Positions 49,772 to 61,615 of a stretch of DNA of 64,000 nt are shown in pieces. The position numbers and the translations under genes were made by a program. The stretch's first letter is position 1, and the number at the start of each line of letters is the position of its first letter. The notes under the pieces were generated by a model that did not search any database, was not told the DNA's origin, and worked only from the letters and a program-made list of their open reading frames with translations. Source of the stretch: Psammoneis japonica (lineage: Eukaryota); NCBI GenBank assembly GCA_008632985.1, contig QPGO01000166.1, positions 1 through 64,000 of the forward strand, given 5' to 3'.

Positions 49772-52404
49772 ATGGAAATGAGCGACGGAACTGCCGCAGC
49801 TACGGCACAGCAGCGACAAGGACAGCTAGGCCATGGCGGAAATGGAGGTGGTGAAGGCGTGCAACGATTGCAGTCCCCAGGAGTCGCGGGCTTTCTTGAA
49901 CTAGAAGAGGAGCCACCACGTCCAGCGACGGATTGTACACCTCCACCACGCAAATCGCAAGATCAGGATCTGCTAGGGTTGGGTTATGAACCGGTTCAAA
50001 CTGCGTCGGGGCTCCTTCTAACACATCGAAAAACCCCACCCATTTCTAGAAAACATCAGGGCCTATCTTCAAATGTCGTCAGTAGTGAAAAGAGGCGGGA
50101 CTTTGCAAGGGTAGGCAGCGAGAGGCATGCCGCCGGCAACTCAACTTTTGAGGTGGACAGAGGATACGACAGTAGAGCAACAAGAAATTGGCAAGGCACA
50201 GCTAGCTCATATGGTCCAGGAGGAAATGGGCTTGGATTGATGAAAGCGACCCGTATTCTTTCGTTTGTTCGCCTCTGGGTTGTAGGTTTCTGCCTTTTGT
50301 TGGTTGTCGGAACGGGTGTTGCCGTACGCTCTATGCGTCGTGAAGGGATTGCCGGAGGTCAAAGACAGCAGCAAGGTGATATTGAAGGTAGTAGCATACA
50401 GACGGCCGATACTGGAGATTTTGTTGGCGAAGGCGAGGAGTCTGTCAATCAAGTGATTCTTTTGCCACTCAACAACATCTCCGAATTGTCGTCCTCTGCA
50501 AAGGAGGTGGAACAACAAGATGGAAGAACCAACCATCACGGAGTTCGACGAGCCCTGCATGATTTAAGGGAGGAGTTTGAAGAATGGTAAGGAAATCAAG
50601 AGATTCTAGCCGCCCTTTTGCCTAGCCTTGGTCTCAATCTCTAATTCACTTCACTTGATGCTTCGTTTAGGATTCGAGAACATAACAAATCGTACCATTC
50701 AGAGGAAGAAAAGGAAAAAAGGTTCTCCATCTGGTCTGATAACCACCATAGGTAAGCATCAAGTACAGTGTCGGATCACGATGGTGATAAATGATGCTTA
50801 TGACAAATCCGTTGACTGTCTCTTGACACACTCGCTTGTTCTGCTGTAAACGCTACCAGGACGATCGAGAAGAACAAACGACACGGCAATTGCAGGTTGA
50901 CGAAGCAACCGGTGTTTGGTTCGAATCAATTCAAGGATTTATCTACCGAAGAGTTCCAGTCTCAATACCTCACGGGGTACAGCGGCCCCACTACGGACAA
51001 GCTTGAGAAGGATCACCTGTTGCGGAAAGATGGAAGACCGAGCTGGCTTAACACACCGGCGGAACCGAGGACTTTGGGAGAGTTGCGCATGCGAAAGACA
51101 TCAAAAGGGTCTGGAATGGTAATGGGCTCCACAGATCCCTTGTCTGCGGTGGACCGCCATCCAGAAATTCAGAAGCGATTCAAAGAGTACTGGTGGCATC
51201 CAGACAACTTGGAGCAAGATGCTTATGTTGACCAATCATTCAACGCATCATTCAACGCATGCAGATGGTACGACGTCTCCTGTTGGCTTCGTTGGTTTTT
51301 CAATACTTATGGATTTGGAATTGGCGGCGTAATGACGCCAAACTATGACGGCGCCTATCCATCTGCGGTTGACTGGAGGGATATGGGTATAGTTACGGAT
51401 GTTCACTCGCAAGGCAACTGTGGCGCATGCTGGGCAATCACGGCTGTGGAGACTGTTGAATCCGCCTATGCTATGAAGGCTGGCACGGTAGTTGATCTGA
51501 GCGAGACAGAAGTTATCTTGTGCGATGACTCGTGTGAGATGTGTGAAGGTGGTTGGCCTCAGAACGCGTACGAGTACGTCATGGAGCACAATGGATTGCC
51601 TGCAGAGGAGTCGATTTCGTATGACGGCGATCTTCTCTTGTCCATCACCAGTTGTCTGGCAGGCGAAAGTGATGAATTAAGGTGAGCTCCTCATTTTGTA
51701 TTCGTTTTGATGCAATCCTCCGTGCATTGTCTAACTTTTCTTGCTGCTCAGCTCTGATGATATTCAATCATACATGTATGCAACGTGCCCAGCTGGAGGC
51801 GGCAGTCACTCGGGAGATGGTGGAGGTAACAGCTATCAACGCTATGCAAAAATTGGAGGCTATGGGTATGCAACAGAACGATGCGTGTGTTATACCGATG
51901 GTACCGGCTGCGACTGTGATGATCAAAATGAGCTTATGGCCGTCCGCAATCTTGCGACCTATGGACCAGCCACCGTGTGCTTGGACGCCTCGCTGTGGCA
52001 AGATTATGCCGGAGGTATTTTGACTTCGTCTTCGGGTTGTGGATCTTCTTTTCTTGACATGAATCATTGTGTACAAGCCGTAGGTACGTACTCTCTGTCG
52101 AAATCGATGAGTCTCGACGGGCCTTGCTTCGTTGCAGGTTTCTCAACCTTTTTTGCTTTCGTTCCCCGATCCAAATACAGGGTACGCTTTTGAAGACTTA
52201 GACGACGAAGAAGAGTTTGATGAACAACAACAGAGCCATAGTGGCAGTGGGAGTCGCGCAAGCCAGGACTCTGGAAATCGGGAAGGATACTGGATAATAC
52301 GAAATCAATGGTCAAACGGATGGGGCATGTCCGGCTATGTGTACGTTGCCATGGGCGAAAACACATGCGGAGTTCTTAATGACATGACTCAGGCGTACAT
52401 GTAG
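49772..52404 (+). CDS. Papain-family (C1A) cysteine protease with long N-terminal TM-anchored prodomain; about 4 introns
   Basis: VDWRD, QGNCGACWA (catalytic Cys), CEGGWP, MNHCVQAVG (His), YWIIRNQWSNGWG (Asn); I29-like FGSNQFKDLSTEEF. Confidence 0.9.
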
Positions 52405-52567
52405 CTGATTAAGGTTCTAGATATTCTTCTCGCAAAAGGTGAGAGAACTCAATCGTAGCTGAGAAACTAATGGAAATAATGAATTAAACCGTTTGTTAGA
52501 GATGTTCTCTGTGGAGAGTGATTTAGTTTAAAAACTTAAGTCGAAGTAACAGAAGCATTGCTATTTC

Positions 52568-53814
52568 CTATTTCTTCACGATCAATTCTACTACTCGACT
52601 AGCAGCGACGAATCCAAAGGTTCCTGTGACGAAACATGCCGTGCCATATGCGCCATCGCAAAGTCGCAGCGCAGATTCTCTACCTGCTCCATTTGGCGGC
52701 GCTTTGGTGGTCTCTGTAGAATATATTGCATTGATGCCCCACTTCTTTGGCTTCGTGCGATTCTTTTTTTGAACAGAAAGTGCCACCCCTTTCTCAAACC
52801 CGTATCTTTGTCGCAAGTTCTTTCTGACGGTACCCAAAAGACGATCCCCGCTCACTCGAGTCATGTCGTCCCAGACTACCTTTGTCGGATCTGTCCTACC
52901 AGCTGAACCTCCACAAACAACAATAGGGATATTCCGAGCAACGCATGCAGCGATGAGTGCCGTCTTTTCTTTGCTTCCGTCAATCGCATCAAGGCACATG
53001 GTTAGTTCAGGTACCAGACAATCCATAATCTCGTCTACATTGTCAGTGGTGACCTAAATTCGTCACAGCAAAATTAGAATACAGAGGAACGCAAGGGACG
53101 GAAACAAAATTTCGAAAGATAGTTTGTGCCAGGAAACAGCGGTCCGATCAGAAGTACTGGGGAGGTCAAAACTTACAAAGTCAAAAATAGTCGTCACGTT
53201 GCAATTCGGGTTGATGTCGATGAGCCTCCTTTCCATCGCTTCAGTTTTAAGCTGGCCTACAGTGGATGACTTTGCGTGCAGTTGACGATTTGTGTTTGAA
53301 ATACAAATGTCATCCATATCAATAAGTACGATATTTCCCACTCCTGACCGACAAAGTGCTTCCGCTGCCCAAGATCCCACTCCGCCGATCCCAACCACCG
53401 CCACCGTAGCACGAGTAAGTCGATCAATGACCGCGAGTTGATTATCGGTAACCACTGATTCTTGTTTCGCGGCACTGTCTTCTTGTGTATAAAGTCTAAA
53501 AAAAAGGGAACAGAATCATATGAATCTGAGGCCCAAAGCTTCAGCAGCACCCAACATGAAAACAAAAGATGTGTCGCTCACCTCCCGACACCCCCAAAAC
53601 GCAAGAACCGCTCGTCGACATCTACAATTGGCGGATCATCCAGGGGTAGACTTGCTGGATCAATATTATTCACATCAGAAGAAGAAACGAATAATACTGT
53701 GCTTCGTTCAAGATGTGAGTGCGTTTCTTTCGGGGATATCGAAGTCAGCGGTAGTGCAGGTGCTACGACTACAAGAGCCAGAAGCAGCGTCACCTTAGTA
53801 TTTTGTACATGCAT
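52568..53814 (-). CDS. tcdA: ThiF-family tRNA threonylcarbamoyladenosine dehydratase (TcdA/CsdL-like); introns 53495-53581 and 53054-53176
   Basis: RFGGVGRLY, VVGIGGVGSWAAEALCRSGVG, DMDDICISNTNRQLHA, GGSAGRTDPT, GTACFVTGTFGF. Confidence 0.88.
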
Positions 53815-54199
53815 TCTTCTTCTTTTGAGATCCACAGTTGCAAAAACGCGAGGAGTCTCTGTTGCGACATTCACCTGGGGAACGTTGAACGAATAATGTA
53901 CCGGTATCATAGGGTCTTTTTTTTCTTTTTGAAGGTCAAATGGCTTGAACAAAGCTTTGACAAAGAAACTTGGCAGTTATATTATTACTCTCTACTTAGA
54001 GTTTGCGTTGGCCTGCACCAGAGATGTATAACATCTATATATTAACATATGTGGTACAAAGTAACTTGGGTTCAAAACTGCAATTTTGAACCCAAGCAGT
54101 GTTTCCCGAATGTGCATTTTGGTCGGACCAAATTGGCATTTTGGTCGAACCAAAACACTTTTGTCGACCAAATTGCCAGACCGACCAAATCGGTCTGAG

Positions 54200-55102
54200 A
54201 CGCTTTCTGGAATGACATGTCTCCGACCCGAGGTGAAGCGACACTGACGCACGCAACTGGAGCGGGAATCGAGGTGTCGCCATTGAGCAGCTCAGCCGCA
54301 ACTTCCATGGCAAATGAGTTGCCAATGCTCCTCCCAGCGAATGTCCCGAACAATGCAGCTTGTGAGTCTTGAATCTGTCATCCTGCTGGAAGAGCTCCTT
54401 GACATGGGTGGGGATTTCGTCGCACTTGTTTTCGCTCCCTCGGAGGCGCCTCTTGAGAAGATGCTCGTCAAACCCATGATGCAACCCCATCTTGCTGTCC
54501 TGTCCCTTGACATCCTTCAAAGGATTGTCCCGCTTGCCAAAGGAGATGGAAGCATCACAGACAAAGTCTGCCGGTGTGACTGAACCTCGGAAACAAACTG
54601 CAACTCGTTTGCGTGCTGGATCGACTCCAACCACGTGCACAAGTTCCTCATCTGGATCATCATCGCCACATTTTGCAATGTGCGCTGGCTCAAGGTTCTT
54701 CTCCTTCCATGGGTTTGACCACTTTTGTGAAGAAGAATGACGTTGGTGTCTTTCTTGGATTGCTTTCAGAGCACTCATTGCCATTTCGTGGTCTGAATCC
54801 CCCAGAGCTTTCTCAATTTCCTCCAAATTGTCATGAATCACCGCCAAGGCTGTTTCGAGCGTGAGTGGCAGCTCCAAGATCTGCTCAGGGTCCTTGTTGA
54901 GTTTGGTGTCCTCTTGTTTGCATGTGCTTCTCAAGTCTGCAATGGCGCAAATCAACAGAGCCGCGCCAAGCATCTCGTCCGCCTCTTCATGCAAGTTTGG
55001 ACAAGCACACGAGTCCCAGTTGAAGGACGCCTTGGCCTGCCCCGATGTGTTGTCTTTGGCATTGCCAACCCCGCACAGCTTCACGAAGGAGTCCAACACC
55101 AT
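54200..55102 (-). pseudogene. Class 3 lipase pseudogene, TpA-edited, frameshifted and 3'-truncated
   Basis: VAVCFRGSVT, GHSLGGALAT, SVASPRVGD motifs; zero Tyr; frameshift near 54315; ends abruptly at the subterminal repeats. Confidence 0.88.
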
Positions 55103-55849
55103 GGTGAGAACGAGTTCCAGAACTGCGGCGGCTGGAAAAAACTGCGCCTGCGCTGGGCAGAGAGCGAAAAAAGCCAAACGAACAAGAAGATTTGGCGACC
55201 TCGTGCGTCGAGACCTCGAACTGTCAAACGGCTTTCTTTTCATGCAGACAGGCAGACATGCAAGGAATGCGGAATTGCCGTACATTCTTGATGATGATGC
55301 GTCATGCGGGCGGCGTTCATTGCAACACAAGACGTGGGGCTGCGTGCTGGGAAAGATTTTCCTCTCTCTAGATTTTCCCGGCGATGGTGGATGGCGGCAC
55401 ACTGTGCTGGCACAATGATGAAGACACTTCCTGCCAGAGAAGCACCACGCTGCACTGGCACAGACACCTCCTCAATGACTCCTCGGGAGGATGCGGCCAA
55501 CCCCGCTGGGCTCTTGGCGATGAACCCAGAGAGACAGCCCTGCCGCTGCCTCGTGGTTCTCTTGATGTGCAATTGGCGTGATGTCTCTCCAAGCTTCCCC
55601 CTGCATCATGTGCGATTGTGAAGGACTTGGGAGGCAAACAAGATTCTCTTCATGTTGTGCAATGGACTCGAAGCTGTCAAAAGAGAGAAAGCATCAAGCT
55701 TGCAGCACCAATGCTCATGTGCACCATGCTGACAAGACACATCTTTGTTTCTGCCCAGCCCGCATCAACTTTGAGATGAGCACCAAATGTGGGGTTCAAT
55801 GGGGAAAGCCTCCCACGCTGTCTCTTTCAAGCTCAGTGCACTCTTTTGA

Positions 55850-56830
55850 TGCCGCAAAAGAGCCCAGCACCATGCTGGTGGTAAAACACAATTTCAGTGT
55901 CATGAGAAGGCAGTGTCAATGCTGCCAGTTTTCCAAATTTGTCAGGATGTGAGTTGGAGGAGGAAGGCTTGAACACGAGCTCAACAAGAGCTGAGTTTGC
56001 AGAGCAAGAAATGGCGGCACTCTCAGTCATGCCAGACACAGCAGTGGCCATTTCCTGCTTGCAGGTGGGGAGGCTTTCCGCAATGGCTTGCTCAGTGGCT
56101 TCGTTGGTGGCGGCAGGAAAAACATGGATTTCCTCAACACGGGTCTGGATGACAAAACGAGCAAGATTCTGAGCGCAACATTTGAGCCAAGGCTCTGTCG
56201 ACTTGTTGAAGAAGACAGCATTGCCACTGGAGTGTGGAACAATCAAAAGAACCTCTTGAACAGTCAGGGTCAGATCAAGTTGAAATGTGCCGACTTGTTC
56301 ATTGTCGAAAAGCTTCTTCGAAATCGACTTCAAAGCAACAAAAGCCGAGAATGCGGCGGTGTCAACATTGCTGCCGATTGAAGCAATGCCACAGGCAAGG
56401 ATGGCAGCAAAGAGAACAACAAAGATCATGAAGGAGATCGACATGGTTGATGCTTGATGCCAACAACAAAAGACGAGTTGTCCGTTTTGTGAGATGGAGT
56501 GCGAAAGCGGAAAGCGTGGAGCCAAGATTCGCGTGCTGGCGGCTGCGTGGTTTCTGTGCAGTTCCGACCAGAGATCACAAATAAACTGGGACACGTTTTT
56601 CTTCTGTTGTCAAAACCTGACCAAAACACCGTTTGGCGTTCCTCGGCGCCAATCTCAATGTCGTTTCGGAGACTCATGACGTGATCAACTGTTGCGATGC
56701 CGACAGGTGATGATTTGAACTGCTGCCACAACAACTCAGTCCAAACGTTCTCGGTGTCATTGCCCAACAAATAGCCAGCAAAAGACTCTTTCATCAAACT
56801 TTTCATTATGTTCCTGTTTGTTTTGCTTAA
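55850..56830 (-). pseudogene. Gene relic(s) of unknown function in the TpA-depleted zone
   Basis: Protein-like ORFs 55833..56594 (signal-like MSISFMIFVVLFAAILA) and 56426..56836, nearly Tyr-free; coding strand uncertain. Confidence 0.35.
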
Positions 56831-57121
56831 AAGCACGAAAGCCAGAGCTTAAGCCAAGTTCCTGCTTGACAACATTCGTGCGGGATAGGAGCTAGGAGCG
56901 AACGGTCTACGACTCATGTGATACCTCATTAAGTGGACAAATGAAAAGCTATTGGTTAGAACGTACTTCACATATTTCAGCTTGATTATTATATTTACAA
57001 CATTGTCAAGCTATTCTTTCTCTGAATATCATGGCAAGCACACCAACACACATACACATATACTTGGAGACAGATAGGTCCCCAGCTGAAAGTGGCGTTG
57101 AAAGTATACGCAAGCTGGACT

Positions 57122-57993
57122 CTATCTGTCCAACTCAGCCAAGTTGAGCTTGGAAGCTCCCTTTGGAAGAAGCTCGGTGCCCTGCGGGGCAGGCTCAACA
57201 TGCTCATCAAAGATCCACTCCTCGCGATCGTCCGTATCCGAACCCTGGGCCCTGAGGCGACGGCGGAGCGCTTTCTCGGCCTCCATGATCAAAAAGACGG
57301 AAACCGCCATCAAAATGGTAATACCCCACTGGGTTCCGTCCATACCGGACATGCCAAAGATGGTGTCGTTCAAACCGGGGGTGTAGGTTGTGAAGAGCTG
57401 GAGCACAATGACAATAATGGCGGAATACCACAGAGACATGTTGCCCTTGAAAATACGCGGTAATTCCGTTTCCAGTGAATACGCTTGTAGCTTGTAGCTG
57501 TGGTTGTTCTTGATAGTACTGAAAGAGATCCGCAATTCCGCAGCATGCTCGGGTATGTTGTATTCCGCCTCGAGTAAGGCATTCATCGACGACAGCACAT
57601 ACGGAAGGGATTGTACGTATCCGGTCAATTGTCTTGCCAAGTCGTCTGGAGTATTTTTAATCTCGTTTTTCATTGGTGACTGTTTCGGTGTATTCAACAG
57701 GTCGTCGTCATGAAAGGACCAATTGTCATTATCGTTGTTATGTTGTGTAGGGCCCTAGTCGCAGTATCGTTTTGTTTCTCAGAAGGTGTTGTAGGTTGAT
57801 AACTGCTGCTTCTGCTTTGATTGTTATTCTCGGTCAAGAGACTGTCGTCATCAAACGACCATGCATCGTCGTCGTCGTCGCCATTGTTGTCGTTATTGGT
57901 GGAAAGCAAGTCATCTACGTCATCGTCCCATCCGTCTTGGACGAGATCGTCTGTGGACGACGCCATGGTGTTTTTTGTGTTGTGTGTCGCCAT
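57122..57993 (-). pseudogene. Chimeric fragment: N-terminus of an acidic hypothetical protein fused to the C-terminal about 110 aa of a P-type cation ATPase
   Basis: IFKGNMSLWYSAIIVIVLQLFTTYTPGLNDTIFGMSGMDGTQW...IMEAEKALRR matches the Cation_ATPase_C tail; no phosphorylation or nucleotide-binding domains upstream; frameshift near 57740. Confidence 0.65.
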
Positions 57994-58025
57994 CCTCTCT
58001 GCAGCTCTCCACTCTCCAAGGCACA

Positions 58026-58170
58026 TAAATTTTGATAGTGCACTGTAGATCCCTACGGGCTTTCAACGGAGGTACTTAAATTTTGATAGTGCACTGTAGG
58101 TCCCTACGGGCTTTCTACAAAGGTACTTAAATTTTGATAGTGCCATGTAGCTCCCTACGGGCTTTCTACG
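58026..58170. repeat. Three 51-bp tandem repeats
   Basis: taaattttgatagtgc..tgtag.tccctacgggctttc at 58026, 58077 and 58128. Confidence 0.92.
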
Positions 58171-58619
58171 ACGCCCGTAGCGCTTCAGTAGAAATTTGGT
58201 AAAGAGGAGCTTTTTGTGCGGGGCCACACGATTTCTACGAGTACGTAGACAGTACGGGGCCGGCTACTTGATCATACCCATCCTCAAAAATGGATATATT
58301 TATGCATAATGACGCTACGGGGCTGGCCGAACAATTCTACTGCATGTCAACGGCAAGAATTTCTACTTTTTTTCAGTACCACAGATTCGCTACGTGCGGC
58401 CCCGTACTCATAACACGTGCTTTCCCTTCCCATGCAACGGCCAAAGTGGATTTGAAGTTGGGTTCAAAATTGCAGTTTTGAACCCGAAAAAGGGAGGCAC
58501 GCGCTTCTACAAGTACTCACGAGGCGGCAGGCGACCTGCCTAGCACATCTACCTATTTCCCATCATATCAGCTTGCCTCTTCAATTCTGATCACAGAACA
58601 GCACTTTGATGTATCCAAC

Positions 58620-59493
58620 ATGGCCAGTGCCACCGACGACGACTTAGCCTACCGGTAGGGACTGCATCAACGATAACGCATTCGATCGATCAGAGTGCTG
58701 GTGACTTCAGCATCTCGCCAATACTTGTATTATTTGAACCTCCCTTGAGTGATCAGCCAAAAAAAGCGAATGAAAATCTGCTTGTCGCAACATGGACAGG
58801 CTCAACGTAGATGTTGCGCTTGCCTTCCTGCCAGAATGGTGCTCTGCCTATGCATCGGCTCATCTTGATGCAATACCCAAGTTGATAAACAATCTGCTTG
58901 TTGTGATGGCCGTTTGCAATTTTTTCTTTCTCTTTGGATCTGTAAGAATTACGATGCTACCGGCAATGGGTACCAACGTGATGGTAGCGTCCTTAATGTT
59001 GTGCGTTCAGAATGCCGTGCTGTGGAGCGTCCTAAACAACAATGGTGCCGCGTCTTCGAGATGGCGCGTCATGTCTCCTACGGAGTTTATGATTGGATTG
59101 TCGCTTGGGATCACCATCGGGGCTTCTATCCTTACGTTCATTCTTTCCGTATACTTTCATCGCGTGTCAAAGTGCGATGAAACAGTAGAATTTGTTTCTG
59201 AATTTGCATGCCGACGTAATAGGGTGGCCGTTGCTCTTTGGTTTTGGGGTTCAATGTTGTTCTGGATTAATACCGCAGTAGCGGTGCTTATTGCTGTTGG
59301 CAAGGACGACCTAGTACATCATTCTCATTATGAAGACATTGGGCTCCCGATGGACGAGTACGACGACCACTTCAGGCGCTACAATGCACAGTATCATGAA
59401 ACACAACGACAGCAACATGTACATTCAGGTGAAATCTATGAAGATGTTGGGGACGCTCCATCTCCAACACAGCAAATGCCAGTTACACCGTAG
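58620..59493 (+). CDS. Multi-pass membrane protein of unknown function; 5' exon structure uncertain
   Basis: ORF 58792..59493 has about 4 TM segments; upstream MASATDDDLAYR exon ends at a GTAGG donor. Confidence 0.6.
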
Positions 59494-60187
59494 TAGGTTT
59501 TTCGGTTCGTTCTCATCCCTGTGAAGGGACGAATCGAGACTCAAGTCACACTCTGCTACATTTGGCTGGCGTCAAAAAAACTATAACACAGCTTCCTTGG
59601 CATAGGCCGTGCTTTATAACAGTGCATAAAAGACCAAAAACAGCGGCTGGTCTCGAGATTCCATAATTATATCAGGACAGCAACAGAATTAGACACCCTT
59701 CTATTTGTACCGGTATGTCTTTTCTTAAAGTGGAAGACCATATCTCTATAGGGAGTTGAGTGTCCAATGGCCCAAGAATTCCTAATATTGGAGCCAACTA
59801 CGGTAACTAACAGAAGAAGATGATGAGTTTGCCGCGTGGCGTTCTGCCAATTCGACCAGTCACGAATCCGAATCCCGTTTACTAGCTAAAGATGGGAAGA
59901 GGAAACATGAAAGATCGTTCAAAGAAGGCAATGTTAATCAAAACTAAAGATTGCAACCTAGCAGTATTGCAGTCTGCTGTAGACTAGTTGATTTCATGCT
60001 TTGTCGTTCACAACCCCAGAGAACTTTTACGGTACGAGTAGAGGGAGGAAGTCTCGCGAGTTTTTAATCGAGTCAATCGTGGCTGTCTACGTAGAATCCA
60101 CGGTCTCACCATACTGTACTGTACCATACCCAAGCGCGACCCAACGCTCGAGGAGCGAGCAGAGAAGAACATTCGCATCACGGCACG

Positions 60188-61615
60188 ATGATGAAGCTAA
60201 CAAAAAATACCGGTAGCGTAGGAGTCATGATAGTTCTGGTGTGCCTGCTCTTGTCATTGACGTCGGTAGCCTCCAACGACTCGGCTGAAGTGGACTGGCC
60301 TTGGGACGGAAAGAACAAGACCAAACCTGACAACAAGAATCGTACGTCGGCCTGTACCGTTCACAAGACCTGCACTGAATGCACGAATTCGTCGCTCTCC
60401 TGTCACTGGTGTGCTCACGATCAAGCGTGTCATGCTAAGGGATCGATGTTTGGTTGCTTGGAAGGCGTCACTTGTGGCGAAACGCCGCATAAAAAGAATC
60501 ACACAGACAATTCATGCAGCTCTCACAAGAATTGCTCTGAATGCGCTCTCTCCTCGTCTGTTTGTCACTGGTGTGCGCATGATCAAGCCTGTCACCCAGT
60601 CGGATCGATCCACGGGTGTCTTACTGGCGTCGACTGCTTCTCCAGTGACAGGTGCATGCGTAAGGAACCTGAGCCGATCTCCGAGTTTGTTTTCAATGAC
60701 ATCGGTATTCGTCCCATGCTCATCCTGTTGGCACTCTGCTCCATTTGCATGTGCTGCGCAACGTTTGCGTTTTGTATGGCTGGAGGAGTGAAGGGGGCGT
60801 ATGATGATCTTGCTGTCATTGCTGCTACCTCTGGAACCGTCGACGTTCAGGATCCCACACAAGCAGAAACTTCAGACATGATTCAGAACGAGAACGCCCC
60901 AGCAACCGAACAAGACGAAGAAGAAGCCGAAAACGGTGGACCCGATGATAACTACAATCTCATGGAAGACGACCCAGAAGAAGAGATTCGTCCCCTCGTC
61001 TCCACCACCACTTCTGGGAAGACGCAGGGATCAAGACACATGCGCTGCCTCTACAACACTTGCACAGTGTGCTACGCTTTCACGGTTGCTTTCATCGTGG
61101 TCTTTGCCATTGGCAGCATTCGTTACTTCCCAAAGAGACCGGAATATAATGTCTGCTCTGACGAAGTGGCTTGGAAAAGTATTGTAGACAGCATGGCATC
61201 CATGAGTGCCAAAGCAGAATTTGAGATCTTACTATCGGTGAAGAATCCCAATCATCTTGACGTCGCTCTTGACTTGGGCAGGGGAAGCTTCAAGCATAAA
61301 GATGTCTTGGTAGGAACGTTTGTAATTCCTCCAGTTGTTGTGAAGGGCATGTCCATTTCAGACTTGATGATAATTGCCACCTTATCACCAGACAAATGGG
61401 AGGCCCTCTCCCTTTCCAGGGAGTACTACCGAGGACGACTAGTCTTGGACGTCGCTACGGAATTGTCTATCCGAGTTCCCAGCTTGTTCAATTACACTTT
61501 CGAGGGATCTTTTGACAATATTGAGGTAAACGTGAACGAACAAGATTCTCGGGAGTTCTGCCACTGTCCAGATTGGAATGAAGCGAAGAACAAGACACCC
61601 CATCTCTTCAACTAG
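60188..61615 (+). CDS. Membrane protein with two PSI-like Cys-rich repeats and a LEA_2-like C-terminal domain
   Basis: Signal peptide; HKxCxEC..SS..CHWCAHDQACH..GS..GCL.GVxC twice; two TM segments; LSVKNPNHLDV motif. Confidence 0.72.
   Translation: MMKLTKNTGSVGVMIVLVCLLLSLTSVASNDSAEVDWPWDGKNKTKPDNKNRTSACTVHKTCTECTNSSLSCHWCAHDQACHAKGSMFGCLEGVTCGETPHKKNHTDNSCSSHKNCSECALSSSVCHWCAHDQACHPVGSIHGCLTGVDCFSSDRCMRKEPEPISEFVFNDIGIRPMLILLALCSICMCCATFAFCMAGGVKGAYDDLAVIAATSGTVDVQDPTQAETSDMIQNENAPATEQDEEEAENGGPDDNYNLMEDDPEEEIRPLVSTTTSGKTQGSRHMRCLYNTCTVCYAFTVAFIVVFAIGSIRYFPKRPEYNVCSDEVAWKSIVDSMASMSAKAEFEILLSVKNPNHLDVALDLGRGSFKHKDVLVGTFVIPPVVVKGMSISDLMIIATLSPDKWEALSLSREYYRGRLVLDVATELSIRVPSLFNYTFEGSFDNIEVNVNEQDSREFCHCPDWNEAKNKTPHLFN

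Larger units (their letters stand above)
54068..58485. mobile_element. Putative non-autonomous DNA element with 26-bp palindromic inverted termini carrying captured gene fragments
   Basis: gggttcaaaactgcaattttgaaccc (54068-54093) is the exact reverse complement of gggttcaaaattgcagttttgaaccc (58460-58485); repeat arrays inside both ends; truncated genes within; no TSD seen. Confidence 0.6.

Noticed and set aside
54035..55402. 455-aa ORF as a functional lipase
   Set aside because: The frame shifts right after GHSLGGALAT, the C-terminal catalytic Asp/His region is missing, and the ORF length is inflated by loss of stops.
58026..58170. Possible CRISPR array
   Set aside because: Whole 51-bp units are near-identical tandem repeats with no unique spacers.
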